From: Pseudomonadota bacterium
Lineage (GTDB): Bacteria; Pseudomonadota; Gammaproteobacteria; JAKAQQ01
NCBI GenBank assembly: GCA_027320085.1
Contig: DAHVLZ010000038.1
Location: forward strand, 83,786 to 147,785
Reading direction: 5' to 3'
DNA: 64,000 nt
The notes under the pieces are model-generated. The model made no database searches and was not told the origin of the DNA. It saw only the letters and a list, made by a program, of their open reading frames with translations. Below, piece by piece: positions 47,878-59,430 of the stretch. The translations under genes and the position numbers were made by a program. Positions within the stretch are counted from its first letter, which is position 1, and each line of letters starts with the position of its first letter.

Positions 47878-48581
47878 AATCCTTCGGACGGGGTGCCGTT
47901 GCGGGCAAGCCAGGCGATGAGATCGGAAGGGGACCGTAGCAATCCATCGGCCCCCCAGCGTTCGGGAGGATCGGCCGGTGACAGATATCCCCAGAGTGCA
48001 GCCAGCGAAACGACCCCGGCGGCCTGTCCGGCTTGAATGTCTCCCCGTGCATCTCCGACGAACACGGATCGGTGGGGCGGATAACCCGCCCTTTCCAGTG
48101 CACGCCGAACGGGGCCGGGATCAGGTTTGGGCGGGTTCGTGAGGTCACGGGAAACAACAACCACCGGGGGGTAGGGGAGGGAGAGGGTCTCGAGGAGGGG
48201 TGTGGTGAGCAAGGTGGGTTTGTTGGTCACGATCCCCCAGGGCCGTGCTTCGTTTCGCCAGCGGTCGAGGAGCTCTGGGATCCCGGTCATGAGGCGTGTT
48301 TTGTCAGCCAGGTGACTCGCGTAAAAATCCAGAAACTCCGCTCTCAATGAATCCAGGACGGACTCGTCCGACGGGTCGCCCCATGCCAGCTTCAGCATGG
48401 CACGGACACCCTGCGAGGCCACCTCCCGCGTCTGGTCCGGGGAGGGGACAGACCGTTCATGGGTCCGGCAGACCTGTTGCAGGGCGGCGTGAAGATCCCC
48501 GAGCGTATCCACGAGGGTGCCATCCAGATCCAGGAGGACCAGATCCGGTGCGGAAAGCGGGTCAGGACGGCCGGAAGACAA
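47862..48581 (-). CDS. gph: HAD-family phosphatase (phosphoglycolate phosphatase/MupP-like)
   Basis: DLDGTLVDT, WGIVTNK, KPDP, FVGD...DI, WGY; follows ubiG; TTG start inferred. Confidence 0.85.
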   Translation of the reverse strand: MSSGRPDPLSAPDLVLLDLDGTLVDTLGDLHAALQQVCRTHERSVPSPDQTREVASQGVRAMLKLAWGDPSDESVLDSLRAEFLDFYASHLADKTRLMTGIPELLDRWRNEARPWGIVTNKPTLLTTPLLETLSLPYPPVVVVSRDLTNPPKPDPGPVRRALERAGYPPHRSVFVGDARGDIQAGQAAGVVSLAALWGYLSPADPPERWGADGLLRSPSDLIAWLARNGTPSEGFHEQS

Positions 48582-49263
48582 GCAGATAGTTGACGGAGCA
48601 GTTGGCAGACAGGAGGGCGGTCTTGAGACCGGGCAGGTACCAGAGTCCACGCTGGTCGGTGAGGTCGAAACCGGCTTCCCGCATCCATTCGATGATCTCG
48701 TCCGGACGGACAAAACGTTCGTAGCGGTGAAGTCCCTTGGGGGTCAATCCCAAAAGGTGCTCGGCAACCCCGATTGCAAGGATCCAGCTGGCCATCGTGC
48801 GGTTGATCGTCGAACAGATCATCGCGCCACCTGCCCGGACGAGACCCGCGCAGTCCCTGACGACGGCCGCGGGATCCGGCACGTGTTCCAGCATTTCCAT
48901 ACAGGTCACCAGATCAAAGCCTTGGGGATCCGATGCGCGGAGGGCGTGGACGTCGGTCAGCCGGTAGTCGATCGCAAGCCCGGCGCTGTGGGCATGGGCC
49001 CGGGCGGTTTCGATGGCTGCAGATGACGTATCGATCCCAACCACCTGGGCTCCGGCCCGGGCAAGTTCCTCTGTGAGAAGTCCCCCGCCACAGCCAATGT
49101 CGGCAACCCGGAGACCGGAAAGCGGGATCCGACGCTCGATGAAGCGCAGCCGGAGCGGGTTGATGTGATGCAGCGTGGCGTACGAACCCTGGGGATCCCA
49201 CCAGTCCTCGGCCCATCCGGAGTCTTCCTCCGGGCGGGTTCGGCATTCGGCATCGGAAGGCAT
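48562..49263 (-). CDS. ubiG: Ubiquinone biosynthesis O-methyltransferase
   Basis: WWDP...LHHINPLRL, DIGCGGGLL, CMEMLEHVPDP, STINR. Confidence 0.96.
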   Translation of the reverse strand: MPSDAECRTRPEEDSGWAEDWWDPQGSYATLHHINPLRLRFIERRIPLSGLRVADIGCGGGLLTEELARAGAQVVGIDTSSAAIETARAHAHSAGLAIDYRLTDVHALRASDPQGFDLVTCMEMLEHVPDPAAVVRDCAGLVRAGGAMICSTINRTMASWILAIGVAEHLLGLTPKGLHRYERFVRPDEIIEWMREAGFDLTDQRGLWYLPGLKTALLSANCSVNYLLVFRPS

Positions 49264-49476
49264 ATCGAGACCTCGTTCGAATCACCCTTCAATTATGCTC
49301 CGCGCGACGTGGAATGCTGCAGCTTGCCGGATCGGGATCCCCGGGGACCCCGTGCTCCGGACCCTCGTGTTGGAGCCCGATTCTGCAGGGGCGGGAGGAA
49401 TGAAAATCGCCTTCTCGGGCCCTTCCCCCAGGGTTCCGGATGAGCCCATGCGACCGCGCTCGGGCACCGAGGGCCT

Positions 49477-50814
49477 CTAGACCGGCTCTTCCCCGACTCC
49501 GCTCCGGGACAGCCGGCTTTCCCATTTGCGGGTCGTGCGGAGGATCGCCTCGAGCTCATCGGGCACCAGCCGCCCATTTTCCACGCGCGGGGTGCCGGCG
49601 ATCCAGACATGGGATACCTGGTTGTGGGTCGCAGCATAGACGATCTGCGCGACCGGGTCATGACAGGGAGTCGTCGACTGAGCCGAGAGGTCAATGGCGA
49701 TACAGTCAGCGCTCTTGCCGACTTCGAGTGAACCGATCTCGGATTCAAGTCCAAGCGCTCGAGCACCCTCCAGGGTGGCCATCCGGATGAGTTCACCCGC
49801 GGGCAGAGCGGTCGGGTCGCCGCTCGAGCCTTTGGCCAGGAGGCCCGCCGTCTTCATCTCGCCCAAAAGATCGAGGTCGTCATTGCTGGCTGCGCCGTCG
49901 GTACCCAAGGCCACCCGGATCCCTGCGCGGCGGAACCGCTCCACGGGTGCGATTCCACTGCCCAGCTTGAGATTGGATTCGGGGCAGTGGACAGCGGTCA
50001 CGCCCGAATCCGCCAGTTGCTGGATCTCTTCCGGACCGACAGCCGTCAGGTGAACGGCAATGAGACGGGCATTGAGGAGCCCCAGGCGGTCCAGGTAGGC
50101 AATCGGAGTCATCCCCCGGGTCCGGATCGAGTCCTCCACTTCCCTGCGGGTCTCATGGAGGTGCATGTGCACTGGAAGGTCGAGCTCACTGGCGAGCGTG
50201 GACAGGAGTTTCAGGGTGGCCTCGTCGACGGAGTAGACCGAGTGGGGGGCCAGGGCGAAGCGGACCTGGGGGTTGTGGGCGTAGCGGTCGCGCAGTTCGA
50301 GGCCACGCCGAAGGTAGTCGGCGGGGTTTTCCGCCCACCGGGTCGGAAAGCCGATCACGGGGAGTCCGGCCACCATGCGGATGCCCATGAGCTGGGCGGT
50401 CTCGAGGGTCACATCCGGGAAAAAATACATGTCATTGAAGCAGGTGGTGCCGGACAAGAGCATTTCCGCAATAGCGAGCCGGGAGCCGTCCCTCACGAAA
50501 TCCGGGTCCATCCACCGCTTTTCAAGTGGCCAGATGAACTGCTCGAGCCAGACGTCCAAGGGCTGGTCGGCGCCCAAGCCGCGCAGGAGCGTCATCGCCG
50601 CATGGGTATGGGCATTGACCAGACCGGGCAGGAGAGCATGGGTGGGCAGATCCTGCGGTTCGGTGTCCGGGTAACGCTCGATGGCGAGTGCTCGGGGTAA
50701 AAGGTCGTGGATCCGTCCATCGCGAATCACGAGTGCCCCCTGTTCAAGCACGGCTCCCTCGGGCATAACAGGTATAATCCAGCGCGCTGAGATGATCCGG
50801 TCCTGACCGGTCAT
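49477..50814 (-). CDS. TRZ/ATZ amidohydrolase (MTA/SAH deaminase-like)
   Basis: PGLVNAHTH, DMYF, HMHLHET, HCPESNLKL, LGTDGAASN; divergent from mtnA. Confidence 0.93.
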   Translation of the reverse strand: MTGQDRIISARWIIPVMPEGAVLEQGALVIRDGRIHDLLPRALAIERYPDTEPQDLPTHALLPGLVNAHTHAAMTLLRGLGADQPLDVWLEQFIWPLEKRWMDPDFVRDGSRLAIAEMLLSGTTCFNDMYFFPDVTLETAQLMGIRMVAGLPVIGFPTRWAENPADYLRRGLELRDRYAHNPQVRFALAPHSVYSVDEATLKLLSTLASELDLPVHMHLHETRREVEDSIRTRGMTPIAYLDRLGLLNARLIAVHLTAVGPEEIQQLADSGVTAVHCPESNLKLGSGIAPVERFRRAGIRVALGTDGAASNDDLDLLGEMKTAGLLAKGSSGDPTALPAGELIRMATLEGARALGLESEIGSLEVGKSADCIAIDLSAQSTTPCHDPVAQIVYAATHNQVSHVWIAGTPRVENGRLVPDELEAILRTTRKWESRLSRSGVGEEPV

Positions 50815-50883
50815 GGCCTCTCCCGGGACGACAATGGCGACTATTATGACCGTTTTGATCCGTACGCCGAGGCACGGGATTTG

Positions 50884-51969
50884 ATGAAGCGCTCCGAGCA
50901 GACCCCGACACGGCAGGCGCTTGTGCCGCTTCTTTGGAAGGAGGGGCGGCTTCTGATCCTCGACCAGCGTCTCCTACCCGGCGCGGAGCAATACGGGGAA
51001 GCCGGGGATGCGGAAGCCGTGGTCCGGGCGATCGTCCAAATGCAGCTTCGGGGAGCTCCGCTGATCGGAGTTGCTGCGGCCTACGGGGTGGCTCTCGAGG
51101 CCCGGCGATTGCTGGAGGATCCCCCGATTGCCGATTTTCATGACCGGATGCGAGAGGCGGTTTCCCGCCTCCTGGCTTGCCGACCCACGGCGATCAACCT
51201 GATGCGGGCCCTGGCCCCGGCCGTGAAGTGGCTCGACCAGGAGATGGATCCGGCGGATTTCGCATTACGCAGCGAGGCTTGGGCTCATGGGCTCGCGCAG
51301 ATGGAGACTCAAGCCTGCGATGTCATGGGACGCTTGGGTGCGGACCGCCTGGGGCCGGCCAGCCGGATCCTCACTCACTGCAATACGGGTCGCCTGGCCA
51401 CGGTGGGTGCCGGGACCGCGCTGGCCGTGGTCCGAGAGGCGGTGCGCCGGGATCCCGCCTGCCGGGTGACCTGTACCGAAACCCGTCCCTGGCTCCAGGG
51501 AGCCCGCCTGACCGCCTTTGAACTGTCCCGGGAGGGAATTCCCGTTGATCTCGTCACCGAATCCGTAGCGGGTAACCGCCTGCTCGATCAGGTGATCGAC
51601 GTCTTCATCGTCGGGGCTGATCGTATCGGTCCGGACGGCTGGGTGGCCAACAAGGTGGGGACCCGCATGCTGGCCCAGTTGGCACGGACCGGGGGCGCAA
51701 GAACAATGGTGGTGGCCCCCACCACCACCCTCGACTGGGGCTGGAAACCGGGCCACTCCATCCCCATCGAGCGTCGGAGTGGGGAAGAACTCTGGCGTGC
51801 GACCGGGATGGCGGAAATCCCGCCCGGTATCCACATTGACAATCCGGTTTTCGATCTTACTCCCCCCGCGCTCATCGACTGGATCGTGACCGAGAAAGGC
51901 GTCATCGAACCGGCCCGGGGCGAGTGTTTCGACCCCCTCCGTTTTGCGCCCCCGGAACAGGACAGCTGA
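50884..51969 (+). CDS. mtnA: Methylthioribose-1-phosphate isomerase
   Basis: LDQRLLP, RGAPLIG, RPTAINL, THCNTGRLAT, ETRP, VGADRI, NKVGT, NPVFD. Confidence 0.96.
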   Translation: MKRSEQTPTRQALVPLLWKEGRLLILDQRLLPGAEQYGEAGDAEAVVRAIVQMQLRGAPLIGVAAAYGVALEARRLLEDPPIADFHDRMREAVSRLLACRPTAINLMRALAPAVKWLDQEMDPADFALRSEAWAHGLAQMETQACDVMGRLGADRLGPASRILTHCNTGRLATVGAGTALAVVREAVRRDPACRVTCTETRPWLQGARLTAFELSREGIPVDLVTESVAGNRLLDQVIDVFIVGADRIGPDGWVANKVGTRMLAQLARTGGARTMVVAPTTTLDWGWKPGHSIPIERRSGEELWRATGMAEIPPGIHIDNPVFDLTPPALIDWIVTEKGVIEPARGECFDPLRFAPPEQDS

Positions 51970-52070
51970 TCGCCTGCCGGATCCGCCCCCCCGTACGGTA
52001 GGAGGGGGAATCAGGTAAAATTCAGGGAGCTTTTGCTGGAATCCGCCCCCTTCTGGGAACCTGCCCCCGC

Positions 52071-54632
52071 ATGACCGAAAACATCAAAGAAATCGGCACG
52101 ATCACACTCGAAGACGAGCTCAAACGTTCCTATCTCGACTACGCCATGAGCGTGATCGTCGGGAGAGCCCTGCCGGATATCCGCGATGGCCTCAAACCGG
52201 TTCATCGTCGCGTGCTCTATGCGATGCAGGTACTCGGCAACGACTGGAATAAGCCGTACAAGAAATCCGCCCGGGTGGTGGGAGATGTGATCGGCAAATA
52301 TCACCCCCATGGGGATGCGGCTGTTTACGATACGATCGTCCGCATGGCCCAACCGTTCGCGATGCGCTACGTCTTGGTGGACGGCCAGGGCAACTTTGGC
52401 TCGATTGATGGCGACGCACCGGCCGCCATGCGCTATACCGAGATCCGCATGGCCAAGCTGGCCCATGCTCTTCTCGCGGACATTGAAAAATCCACGGTCG
52501 ATTTTCTGCCGAACTACGACGGTGCTGAATCCGAACCCACGGTTCTCCCCACCCGGGTTCCCAACCTCTTGGTGAACGGCAGCAGCGGTATTGCCGTGGG
52601 GATGGCGACCACGATCCCCCCCCACAACCTCGGCGAGACCATCAACGCGGCTCTCGCACTCCTTGAGAAACCCGATCTGCAGCTCGCGGATCTCCGGCAA
52701 CATCTTCCGGGACCGGACTTCCCGACCGGGGGTGTGATCCTCGGGGACGAGGGAATCCGGCAGGGCTATACCACCGGACGGGGACGCCTCCGGGTCCGCG
52801 GACGGACGAGACTCGAGCCGAGGCCGGGGGGTCGGGAGGCGCTCATCGTCTACGAGCTGCCTTATCAGGTCAACAAGGCAGCCTTTATTGAACAGATCGC
52901 CTCCCTGGTCCGGGAACGGAAAATCGAGGGCATCAGCGAACTCCGTGACGAGTCGGATCGGGACGGCATGCGGGTGGTGATCGAACTCAAGCGTGGCGAG
53001 AACGCGGACATCGTGCTTAACAACCTCTATCAGCACACCGCGCTGCAGAGTGCTTTCGTGATCAACATGGTGGCTCTGAAAGATGGGCAACCCCGACTTT
53101 TTGACCTCCGCTCGATGTTGCAGGCCTTTCTCGAGCACCGTCGCGAGGTTGTGACCCGGAGAACGCTTTTCGACCTCGAGAAGGCACGGGAACGGGCCCA
53201 TCTCCTCGAAGGCCTGGCTCTTGCGGTGTCCAATATCGACGAAATGATCCAGGTGATCAAGAAGGCCCGCCAGCCGAGTGAAGCCCGCGAAGCCCTGGTC
53301 CAGCGGGCGTGGCCGGGAAGCTTCCTGGTCGAGCTTCTGACCCGGGCGGGCGTGGAGCGGGAGGGCGCCCCGGACCGCTTTGAGCGGTACCGGCTGACGG
53401 AAAGTCAGGCCCAGGCGATTCTGGAATTGCGTCTTCAGCGGCTCACAGGACTTGAACGGGACAAGATCGAAGCGGAGTATCTTGATCTCCTCAACCGGAT
53501 TCGCGACTACGAGGATATCGTGGGCCGTGAAGCTCGCCTGGTCGAGGAAATCCGGCGGGAACTGGTCGAAATCCGCGACGAGTTTGGCGATCCGCGACGG
53601 ACGGAAATTGCTCCCGGGGGAGAGATCCTCCGGACCGAGGATCTGATTGCGCAGGAAGACGTAGTGGTGACGCTCTCTCATGAAGGCTACATCAAGTACC
53701 AGACGCTCGATACCTACCGTTTGCAGCGACGGGGTGGACGGGGGAGGGCGGCGACCGCCGTCAAGGAGTCGGATTTTATCGAGAAGCTTTTCCTGACCCG
53801 GACACATGACACCCTGCTTTGTTTCTCGACCCGTGGCCGGGTTTACTGGACCCGGGTCTTCGACCTGCCGGAAGGGGGCAGTTCGGCCAAGGGCAAGCCG
53901 CTCGTCAACCTGCTCCAACTCGAGGAAGGCGAACGAATTACCGCGATTCTGGACGTGGACCACTTCGAACGGGAAGAGTTTGTTTTCATGGCGACCCGCC
54001 AGGGCATCGTCAAGAAAGTATCCCTGAGCGACTTTTCCCGCCCCCGGTCGAGCGGCATCATCGCGATTGACCTGCCGGAGCAGGATGTGCTGATCAGCGC
54101 GGAGCGGACGGATGGCCGTCGGGACCTCATGCTGTTTGCTTCGAACGGCAAAGCCATCCGCTTTCCAGAAACCGATGTGCGTGCCATGGGACGCCAGGCG
54201 ACCGGTGTGCGGGGGATCCGGCTGGTCGGCGGAGCACATGTAGTGGCCGTAGCGGTGATCGAGGAGGGCGCAGAGGACGTCCTGACCGTGACTGCCCACG
54301 GGTATGGAAAACGCACCCCGCTGGAGGAATACCTGGCCCAGGCTCGCGGAGGCAAGGGAGTGATCTCGATTCAGACCGGAACCCGGAACGGTGCGGTCAT
54401 TGGTGCCGCTCCGGTGCAGGAGGCGGATGAAGCCATGCTCGTGACCCAGAATGGCACGCTCGTCCGGATTGCGGTGGATTCGATTTCCCGCGTCGGTCGA
54501 AATACCCAGGGGGTCCGACTGATCCGGCTGGATGACGGGGATACCGTCGTCAACCTGGAACGGATAGCGGCGGAACCGACCGACGAAACGGATGAAAGCA
54601 GCCCGGCTCCGGCAGGTGAAACCCCTTCATGA
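52071..54632 (+). CDS. gyrA: DNA gyrase subunit A
   Basis: [23 protein letters not shown] catalytic Tyr, GyrA box QRRGGRG. Confidence 0.98.
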   Translation: MTENIKEIGTITLEDELKRSYLDYAMSVIVGRALPDIRDGLKPVHRRVLYAMQVLGNDWNKPYKKSARVVGDVIGKYHPHGDAAVYDTIVRMAQPFAMRYVLVDGQGNFGSIDGDAPAAMRYTEIRMAKLAHALLADIEKSTVDFLPNYDGAESEPTVLPTRVPNLLVNGSSGIAVGMATTIPPHNLGETINAALALLEKPDLQLADLRQHLPGPDFPTGGVILGDEGIRQGYTTGRGRLRVRGRTRLEPRPGGREALIVYELPYQVNKAAFIEQIASLVRERKIEGISELRDESDRDGMRVVIELKRGENADIVLNNLYQHTALQSAFVINMVALKDGQPRLFDLRSMLQAFLEHRREVVTRRTLFDLEKARERAHLLEGLALAVSNIDEMIQVIKKARQPSEAREALVQRAWPGSFLVELLTRAGVEREGAPDRFERYRLTESQAQAILELRLQRLTGLERDKIEAEYLDLLNRIRDYEDIVGREARLVEEIRRELVEIRDEFGDPRRTEIAPGGEILRTEDLIAQEDVVVTLSHEGYIKYQTLDTYRLQRRGGRGRAATAVKESDFIEKLFLTRTHDTLLCFSTRGRVYWTRVFDLPEGGSSAKGKPLVNLLQLEEGERITAILDVDHFEREEFVFMATRQGIVKKVSLSDFSRPRSSGIIAIDLPEQDVLISAERTDGRRDLMLFASNGKAIRFPETDVRAMGRQATGVRGIRLVGGAHVVAVAVIEEGAEDVLTVTAHGYGKRTPLEEYLAQARGGKGVISIQTGTRNGAVIGAAPVQEADEAMLVTQNGTLVRIAVDSISRVGRNTQGVRLIRLDDGDTVVNLERIAAEPTDETDESSPAPAGETPS

Positions 54633-55789
54633 GCGCCCCGGTCTCCCGGCCCGAATCGATTTCAGGATCCGCGCTCGGAGGGGGCGAGCGGAGCTGGAAC
54701 TTCGGGCCAGGACCGGCCTACCTTCCGGAGGACGTGATCCGTGAAGCGCAGGATGCGCTCTGGCAGTTCGGCCGGACCGGGATGGGGATTGCCGAGATCG
54801 GCCACCGTGATCCCCGCTTTCTTGAGCTCCTTGAAGGATTGGAGGAACGAATCCGGCGGCTGCTTCAGTTACCCGACTCGCACGCGGTTCTTTTCATGGC
54901 CGGGGGGGCAAGACCCCATTTCAGTCTGGTTCCGCTAAACCTCTCCTGGCCTCATCGCAAGCGGGCAGCTTACGCCCTGACGGGGTACTGGTCGCGTCTG
55001 GCGCGGGCCGATGCCTCGGTTCTGATTCAAGCGGAGGCGGCTGTCGAAGTCTCCCGAGAGGAGATCCCGGAGCATCCAACCCTCATTCCGGACCCGGCCC
55101 GGTGGACGCTCATGGAACCGGTCGATTATCTCTACTACACCGACAATGAAAGCATTGATGGAATCGAGTTTTCTGCCCCACCGCCTGTCCGGGACGACCT
55201 CCGCCTCGTCTCCGACATGACCGCCAACCTGTTTTCCCGGCCCATTCCCCGACTCGAGCACTTCAGCCTGATTTTTGCAGGCGCTCAGAAAAACCTGGGC
55301 ATCACGGGTCTGGCCATCGTCATTCTTCGCAAGGACGATCTCGGCGGATCTTTCGAGGGCTGGCCCCGTTACCTCCTCTACCGGGAATGGATGACCAACC
55401 GTTCAATGGTGAATACCCCGCCCACCTTCAATCTGTATGTGGCGGACCTCATGGCCCGCTGGATGGAGAAGGAAGGCGGTCTTGCGGCTTTGGCGGTGCG
55501 CAACCGGAAAAAGGCGGACCTGCTTTATGCGACCATTGATCAAAGTGCAGGTTTTTACCGCAACGGGATCTCACCCGCCCACCGCTCCCGGATGAATGTT
55601 CCCTTCCGGCTGGCGGATGAAAGCCAAACGCCCCGTTTCTTGGCGGCGGCAGCCGGTGCGGGCCTTGTCCAGTTGGCTGGGCATCACTCGGTCGGTGGCT
55701 GCCGGGCCAGTATCTACAACGCCATGCCGGAAGCCGGAGTCCGGCACCTCGTTGAGTTCATGCAGGAATACCAGCGGACGGCCGGATGA
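54629..55789 (+). CDS. serC: Phosphoserine aminotransferase
   Basis: [37 protein letters not shown]. Confidence 0.96.
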   Translation: MSAPVSRPESISGSALGGGERSWNFGPGPAYLPEDVIREAQDALWQFGRTGMGIAEIGHRDPRFLELLEGLEERIRRLLQLPDSHAVLFMAGGARPHFSLVPLNLSWPHRKRAAYALTGYWSRLARADASVLIQAEAAVEVSREEIPEHPTLIPDPARWTLMEPVDYLYYTDNESIDGIEFSAPPPVRDDLRLVSDMTANLFSRPIPRLEHFSLIFAGAQKNLGITGLAIVILRKDDLGGSFEGWPRYLLYREWMTNRSMVNTPPTFNLYVADLMARWMEKEGGLAALAVRNRKKADLLYATIDQSAGFYRNGISPAHRSRMNVPFRLADESQTPRFLAAAAGAGLVQLAGHHSVGGCRASIYNAMPEAGVRHLVEFMQEYQRTAG

Positions 55790-56892
55790 CCCCCGCGGGA
55801 ATGGCCATGCCTCATAACGCGAGCATCGACACGATCCGGCCCTACCAGCCGGGCAAACCGATCGAGGAAGTCGAGCGCGAACTCGGACTCCACTCCGTGA
55901 TCAAGCTGGCCTCGAATGAGAACCCGCTGGGTCCGAGTCCGGAGGCGGTCCGGGCAGCGGGGAGGGCCCTGGCCAAAGCGGCCCTTTACCCGGATAGTGC
56001 CGCCTATCCGCTGACCCGGAAGCTGGCTGAAAAACATGGGATCCCGCCGGATTCCGTGATCATTGGAACCGGGTCCGACCAGTTGTTCATGTTGCTTGCC
56101 CTGGTTTTGCTCAATCCCCAAACCAATGCGGTGATCTCCGAATTCACCTTTCCAACCTATGCCATTTCAGCCCATTCTGTCGGGGCTGAACTCCGGGTCG
56201 CACAAGCGGGACCGGGACTCGGCCATGAGGTGGACCATCTCTTGGCCGCCGTGGATTCGACAACCCGGATCGTCTTTGTCGACAATCCCAACAACCCGAT
56301 CGGGAGCTATCTCACCCGTTCGGCGATCACCCGTCTTCTGGAGGCGGTGCCCCGCGATACGCTGGTCGTCCTCGACGAGGCCTACTACGAGTTCGTGGAC
56401 GCACCGGATTATGTTTCGGGACTCGAGTACCTGAGCCGCTATCCGAACCTGATGGTCACGAGAACCTTCTCAAAGGCATATGGACTGGCCGGATTTCGTA
56501 TCGGGTACGGGATGGCCGACCCCGCCCTCGTCCGCCTGCTCCAGCGGGTCCGACTGCCCTTCAGCGTGAGCCACCTGGCCCTCGCGGCGGCAGAAGCAGC
56601 CCTCGACGATGAGGCTCATCTGGCCCAGACCCGTCGGCTGGTTTTGAAGGAAAGGCCTGAGCTGGCCGGACTTCTCGAACAACATCGCATCCGGACCCTG
56701 CCTTCACAGGGCAATTTCGTGACGGGACTCGCCCCCATCCCGTCCCGCTCACTCTTCGAGGAACTGCTCAAGACCGGCATTATCATCCGACCGCTCACCG
56801 CCATGGGCCTGCCGGATCATGTCCGGGTCACCGTGGGTCTGCCAGACCAGAACCAGGCCCTGGCAAAGGCCTTGGAGGCCGTTTTGGGGTGA
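55786..56892 (+). CDS. hisC: Histidinol-phosphate/aromatic aminotransferase
   Basis: KLASNENP, NPNNP, LDEAYYEF, RTFSKAYGLAGFRIGY. Confidence 0.94.
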   Translation: MTPAGMAMPHNASIDTIRPYQPGKPIEEVERELGLHSVIKLASNENPLGPSPEAVRAAGRALAKAALYPDSAAYPLTRKLAEKHGIPPDSVIIGTGSDQLFMLLALVLLNPQTNAVISEFTFPTYAISAHSVGAELRVAQAGPGLGHEVDHLLAAVDSTTRIVFVDNPNNPIGSYLTRSAITRLLEAVPRDTLVVLDEAYYEFVDAPDYVSGLEYLSRYPNLMVTRTFSKAYGLAGFRIGYGMADPALVRLLQRVRLPFSVSHLALAAAEAALDDEAHLAQTRRLVLKERPELAGLLEQHRIRTLPSQGNFVTGLAPIPSRSLFEELLKTGIIIRPLTAMGLPDHVRVTVGLPDQNQALAKALEAVLG

Positions 56893-57572
56893 TCGCCCGC
56901 TCAGACGTGCCGGTCATTACCATCGATGGACCGGGAGGCGCAGGGAAGGGAACCGTCTCCGCACGGCTGGCGGAACGGTTGTCGTGGAACTGGCTTGAAA
57001 GCGGCCGCCTCTACCGATGGCTGGGATGGCAGGCGCTCCAGGAGCAGGTGGACGTGACTGACGAGGTGGCGATCGGCCATCTCATTGCCGCGATCCGTCT
57101 GTGCCCCCGTGTGGGCGGATTGGGCCTTGAAATCGAGGGTGCGCCCGCCCCCCAAGCGCTCGCCGATGAGGCTGCCGCGGACCGGGCTTCGCGTCTGGCC
57201 GGGTTGCCGTTTGTGCGCGCCGCCCTCCTTCCGGTCCAACGTTCCTGCCGACAACCACCCGGCCTGGTCACCGATGGACGTGATATGGGGACCGTGGTCT
57301 TCCCAGACGCTGTGTTCAAGGTGTTTCTCACCGCCAGTGTCGAAGCCCGGGCCGTGAGACGCCTTAAACAGTTGAATGCATTAGGCCTTTATGATAGTCT
57401 GAATCGCTTGACTCGAGAGATCGAAGAGCGGGATGAACGGGATCGAACTCGATCCGTATCGCCCCTCAAGCCGGCGCTCGATGCCTGGGTTCTTGACAGT
57501 ACCGGGCTTGATGCCGACCAGGTCGTCCAGATGATCTGGGAGACATGGCGGGCCGGCCCCGGAGTCAGGTGA
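56889..57572 (+). CDS. cmk: Cytidylate kinase
   Basis: TIDGPGGAGKGT, DGRDMGTVVFP, ERDERD. Confidence 0.96.
   Translation: MIARSDVPVITIDGPGGAGKGTVSARLAERLSWNWLESGRLYRWLGWQALQEQVDVTDEVAIGHLIAAIRLCPRVGGLGLEIEGAPAPQALADEAAADRASRLAGLPFVRAALLPVQRSCRQPPGLVTDGRDMGTVVFPDAVFKVFLTASVEARAVRRLKQLNALGLYDSLNRLTREIEERDERDRTRSVSPLKPALDAWVLDSTGLDADQVVQMIWETWRAGPGVR
57372..57400 (+). promoter_or_regulatory. Internal sigma70 promoter in cmk, probably driving rpsA
   Basis: TTGAAT-17 nt-TAGTCT with extended TGn, in a locally AT-rich patch; E. coli has rpsA promoters inside cmk. Confidence 0.55.
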
Positions 57573-57683
57573 TTTTGAGAGAGGGTTGCCAGGAGGTACC
57601 CGGGTTATCCATTCTCGTGCCGATCCGGATTGGACGGCAGGAGACATCATCAGGTCAGAGTGCCAGCGGCACGGGATTTTTGA

Positions 57684-59360
57684 ATGTCGGAATCGTTTGC
57701 GGATCTTCTCGAAGAAAGCCTGTCCAGAACCCAACTCAATCCGGGCAGCATCATCAAGGCCAAGGTCATCTTCATCAACCCCGAGGTGGTGATCGTCAAT
57801 GCGGGTCTCAAGTCCGAGGGAGTCATCCCGATCGACCAGTTCCGCGACGAATCGGGCAGTGTGCAGGTCCAGGTCGGGGACGAAGTGGAGGTGGCCATCG
57901 ATACCCTCGAGGACGGGATGGGGGAGACCCATCTGTCACGCGAGCGGGCCCGCCGTCTCCGGGCCTGGAAGGAACTCGAGGAGGCCTTTGAAAAGGAGAC
58001 CATTGTCACCGGGACCATTACCGGAAAGGTCAAGGGTGGGTTTACCGTCAACTTGAGCGAAATCCGGGCCTTTTTGCCTGGCTCGCTGGTGGATATCCGT
58101 CCGGTGCGGGATTCTTCCTACCTCGAGGGACGTCCGCTCCAGTTCAAAATCATCAAGCTCGACCAGAAGCGGAACAACGTCGTGGTTTCTCGAAGGGCCG
58201 TGGTCGAGACCGAAAATCAGGGGGAACGGGAATCTCTGCTCGAGAAAATCAAGGAAGGGGCTCTCCTCAAGGGAATTGTGAAAAACCTGACTGAGTACGG
58301 GGCCTTCGTCGACTTGGGCGGCATCGATGGGCTTCTCCACATTACCGACATGGCCTGGCGACGCGTCCGCAATCCCTCGGAAATCGTCACGGTCGGCCAG
58401 GAAATTGACGTCAAGGTGCTCCGCTTCGATCGCGAGCGCAATCGTGTTTCACTGGGCATCAAGCAGCTTGGCGAGGATCCCTGGACGGATATCGACCGGC
58501 GTCATCCGGTCGCAAGCCGGACCTTCGGGCGTGTGACGAATGTGACCGAATACGGCTGTTTCGTCGAAATCGAGCCCGGAGTCGAGGGCTTGGTCCATCT
58601 GTCCGAAATGGACTGGTCCTCCCGCAACGTCAACCCGGCCAAGGTGGTCCACGTGGGGGATGAGAAGGAAGTGATGATTCTCGAGATTGATACCGAGAGA
58701 CGACGGATCTCGCTGGGCCTCAAACAGTGCACGCCGAACCCGTGGGAGGATTTTGCTCAGAACCACAAGAAGGGCGAGCGGATTCAGGGCAAAGTCAAAT
58801 CCATCACCGACTTTGGTATTTTTGTCGGGCTGGAAGGGGGCATTGACGGCCTGGTTCATGTCTCGGACATCTCGTGGGATCTTCCCGGCGAGGAGGCCAT
58901 TCGCAACTACAAGAAAGGTGACGAAGTGGAGACGGTTCTTTTGGCCATCGACGCAGAACGGGAACGGATCTCACTTGGAATCAAACAGCTGGCCCAGGAT
59001 CCCTTTACCTCTTTCCTCTCGGCTCATCCCCGCGGAACCACCGTTCGGGGAACCGTCAAGGAAGTGGACGAAAAGGGAGCCCGGATCGAACTCGAGGATG
59101 GAATCGAGGGTTATCTGGCGGCTGCTGACCTCAATCGTGATCGGGTGAGCGATGCCCGTACCGTCTTGCATCCGGGAGAGGAAGTCGAGGCCCACGTCAT
59201 GGGACAGGACCGAAAGTCCCGGGTTGTGTCGCTGTCTGTGCGGGCTCTCGAGCGCGAAGAGGAAGCGAAAGCGCTCGACAACTACAGCCGCCGTTCCACT
59301 GGGGCAATCCCCACGATCGGCGATCTCTTCAAGGAAAAAAATCCGGAATCGAATCCATAG
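57684..59360 (+). CDS. rpsA: 30S ribosomal protein S1
   Basis: 558 aa, repeated S1 domains ([24 protein letters not shown]). Confidence 0.98.
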   Translation: MSESFADLLEESLSRTQLNPGSIIKAKVIFINPEVVIVNAGLKSEGVIPIDQFRDESGSVQVQVGDEVEVAIDTLEDGMGETHLSRERARRLRAWKELEEAFEKETIVTGTITGKVKGGFTVNLSEIRAFLPGSLVDIRPVRDSSYLEGRPLQFKIIKLDQKRNNVVVSRRAVVETENQGERESLLEKIKEGALLKGIVKNLTEYGAFVDLGGIDGLLHITDMAWRRVRNPSEIVTVGQEIDVKVLRFDRERNRVSLGIKQLGEDPWTDIDRRHPVASRTFGRVTNVTEYGCFVEIEPGVEGLVHLSEMDWSSRNVNPAKVVHVGDEKEVMILEIDTERRRISLGLKQCTPNPWEDFAQNHKKGERIQGKVKSITDFGIFVGLEGGIDGLVHVSDISWDLPGEEAIRNYKKGDEVETVLLAIDAERERISLGIKQLAQDPFTSFLSAHPRGTTVRGTVKEVDEKGARIELEDGIEGYLAAADLNRDRVSDARTVLHPGEEVEAHVMGQDRKSRVVSLSVRALEREEEAKALDNYSRRSTGAIPTIGDLFKEKNPESNP

Positions 59361-59430
59361 CCGGAAGGGGTGGGCCATGAAAACAATGCATGGGTGTCAG
59401 CTGTCAGCGTAAGACGGGAGGGGTGCATTC

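Noticed and set aside
49264-49476. GC-rich 210-nt spacer between the deaminase and ubiG, as an ncRNA or small ORF
   Set aside because: No recognisable RNA family or credible protein; a CATAAT near ubiG suggests a simple promoter region
52011-54299. 762-aa antisense ORF
   Set aside because: Shadow of gyrA
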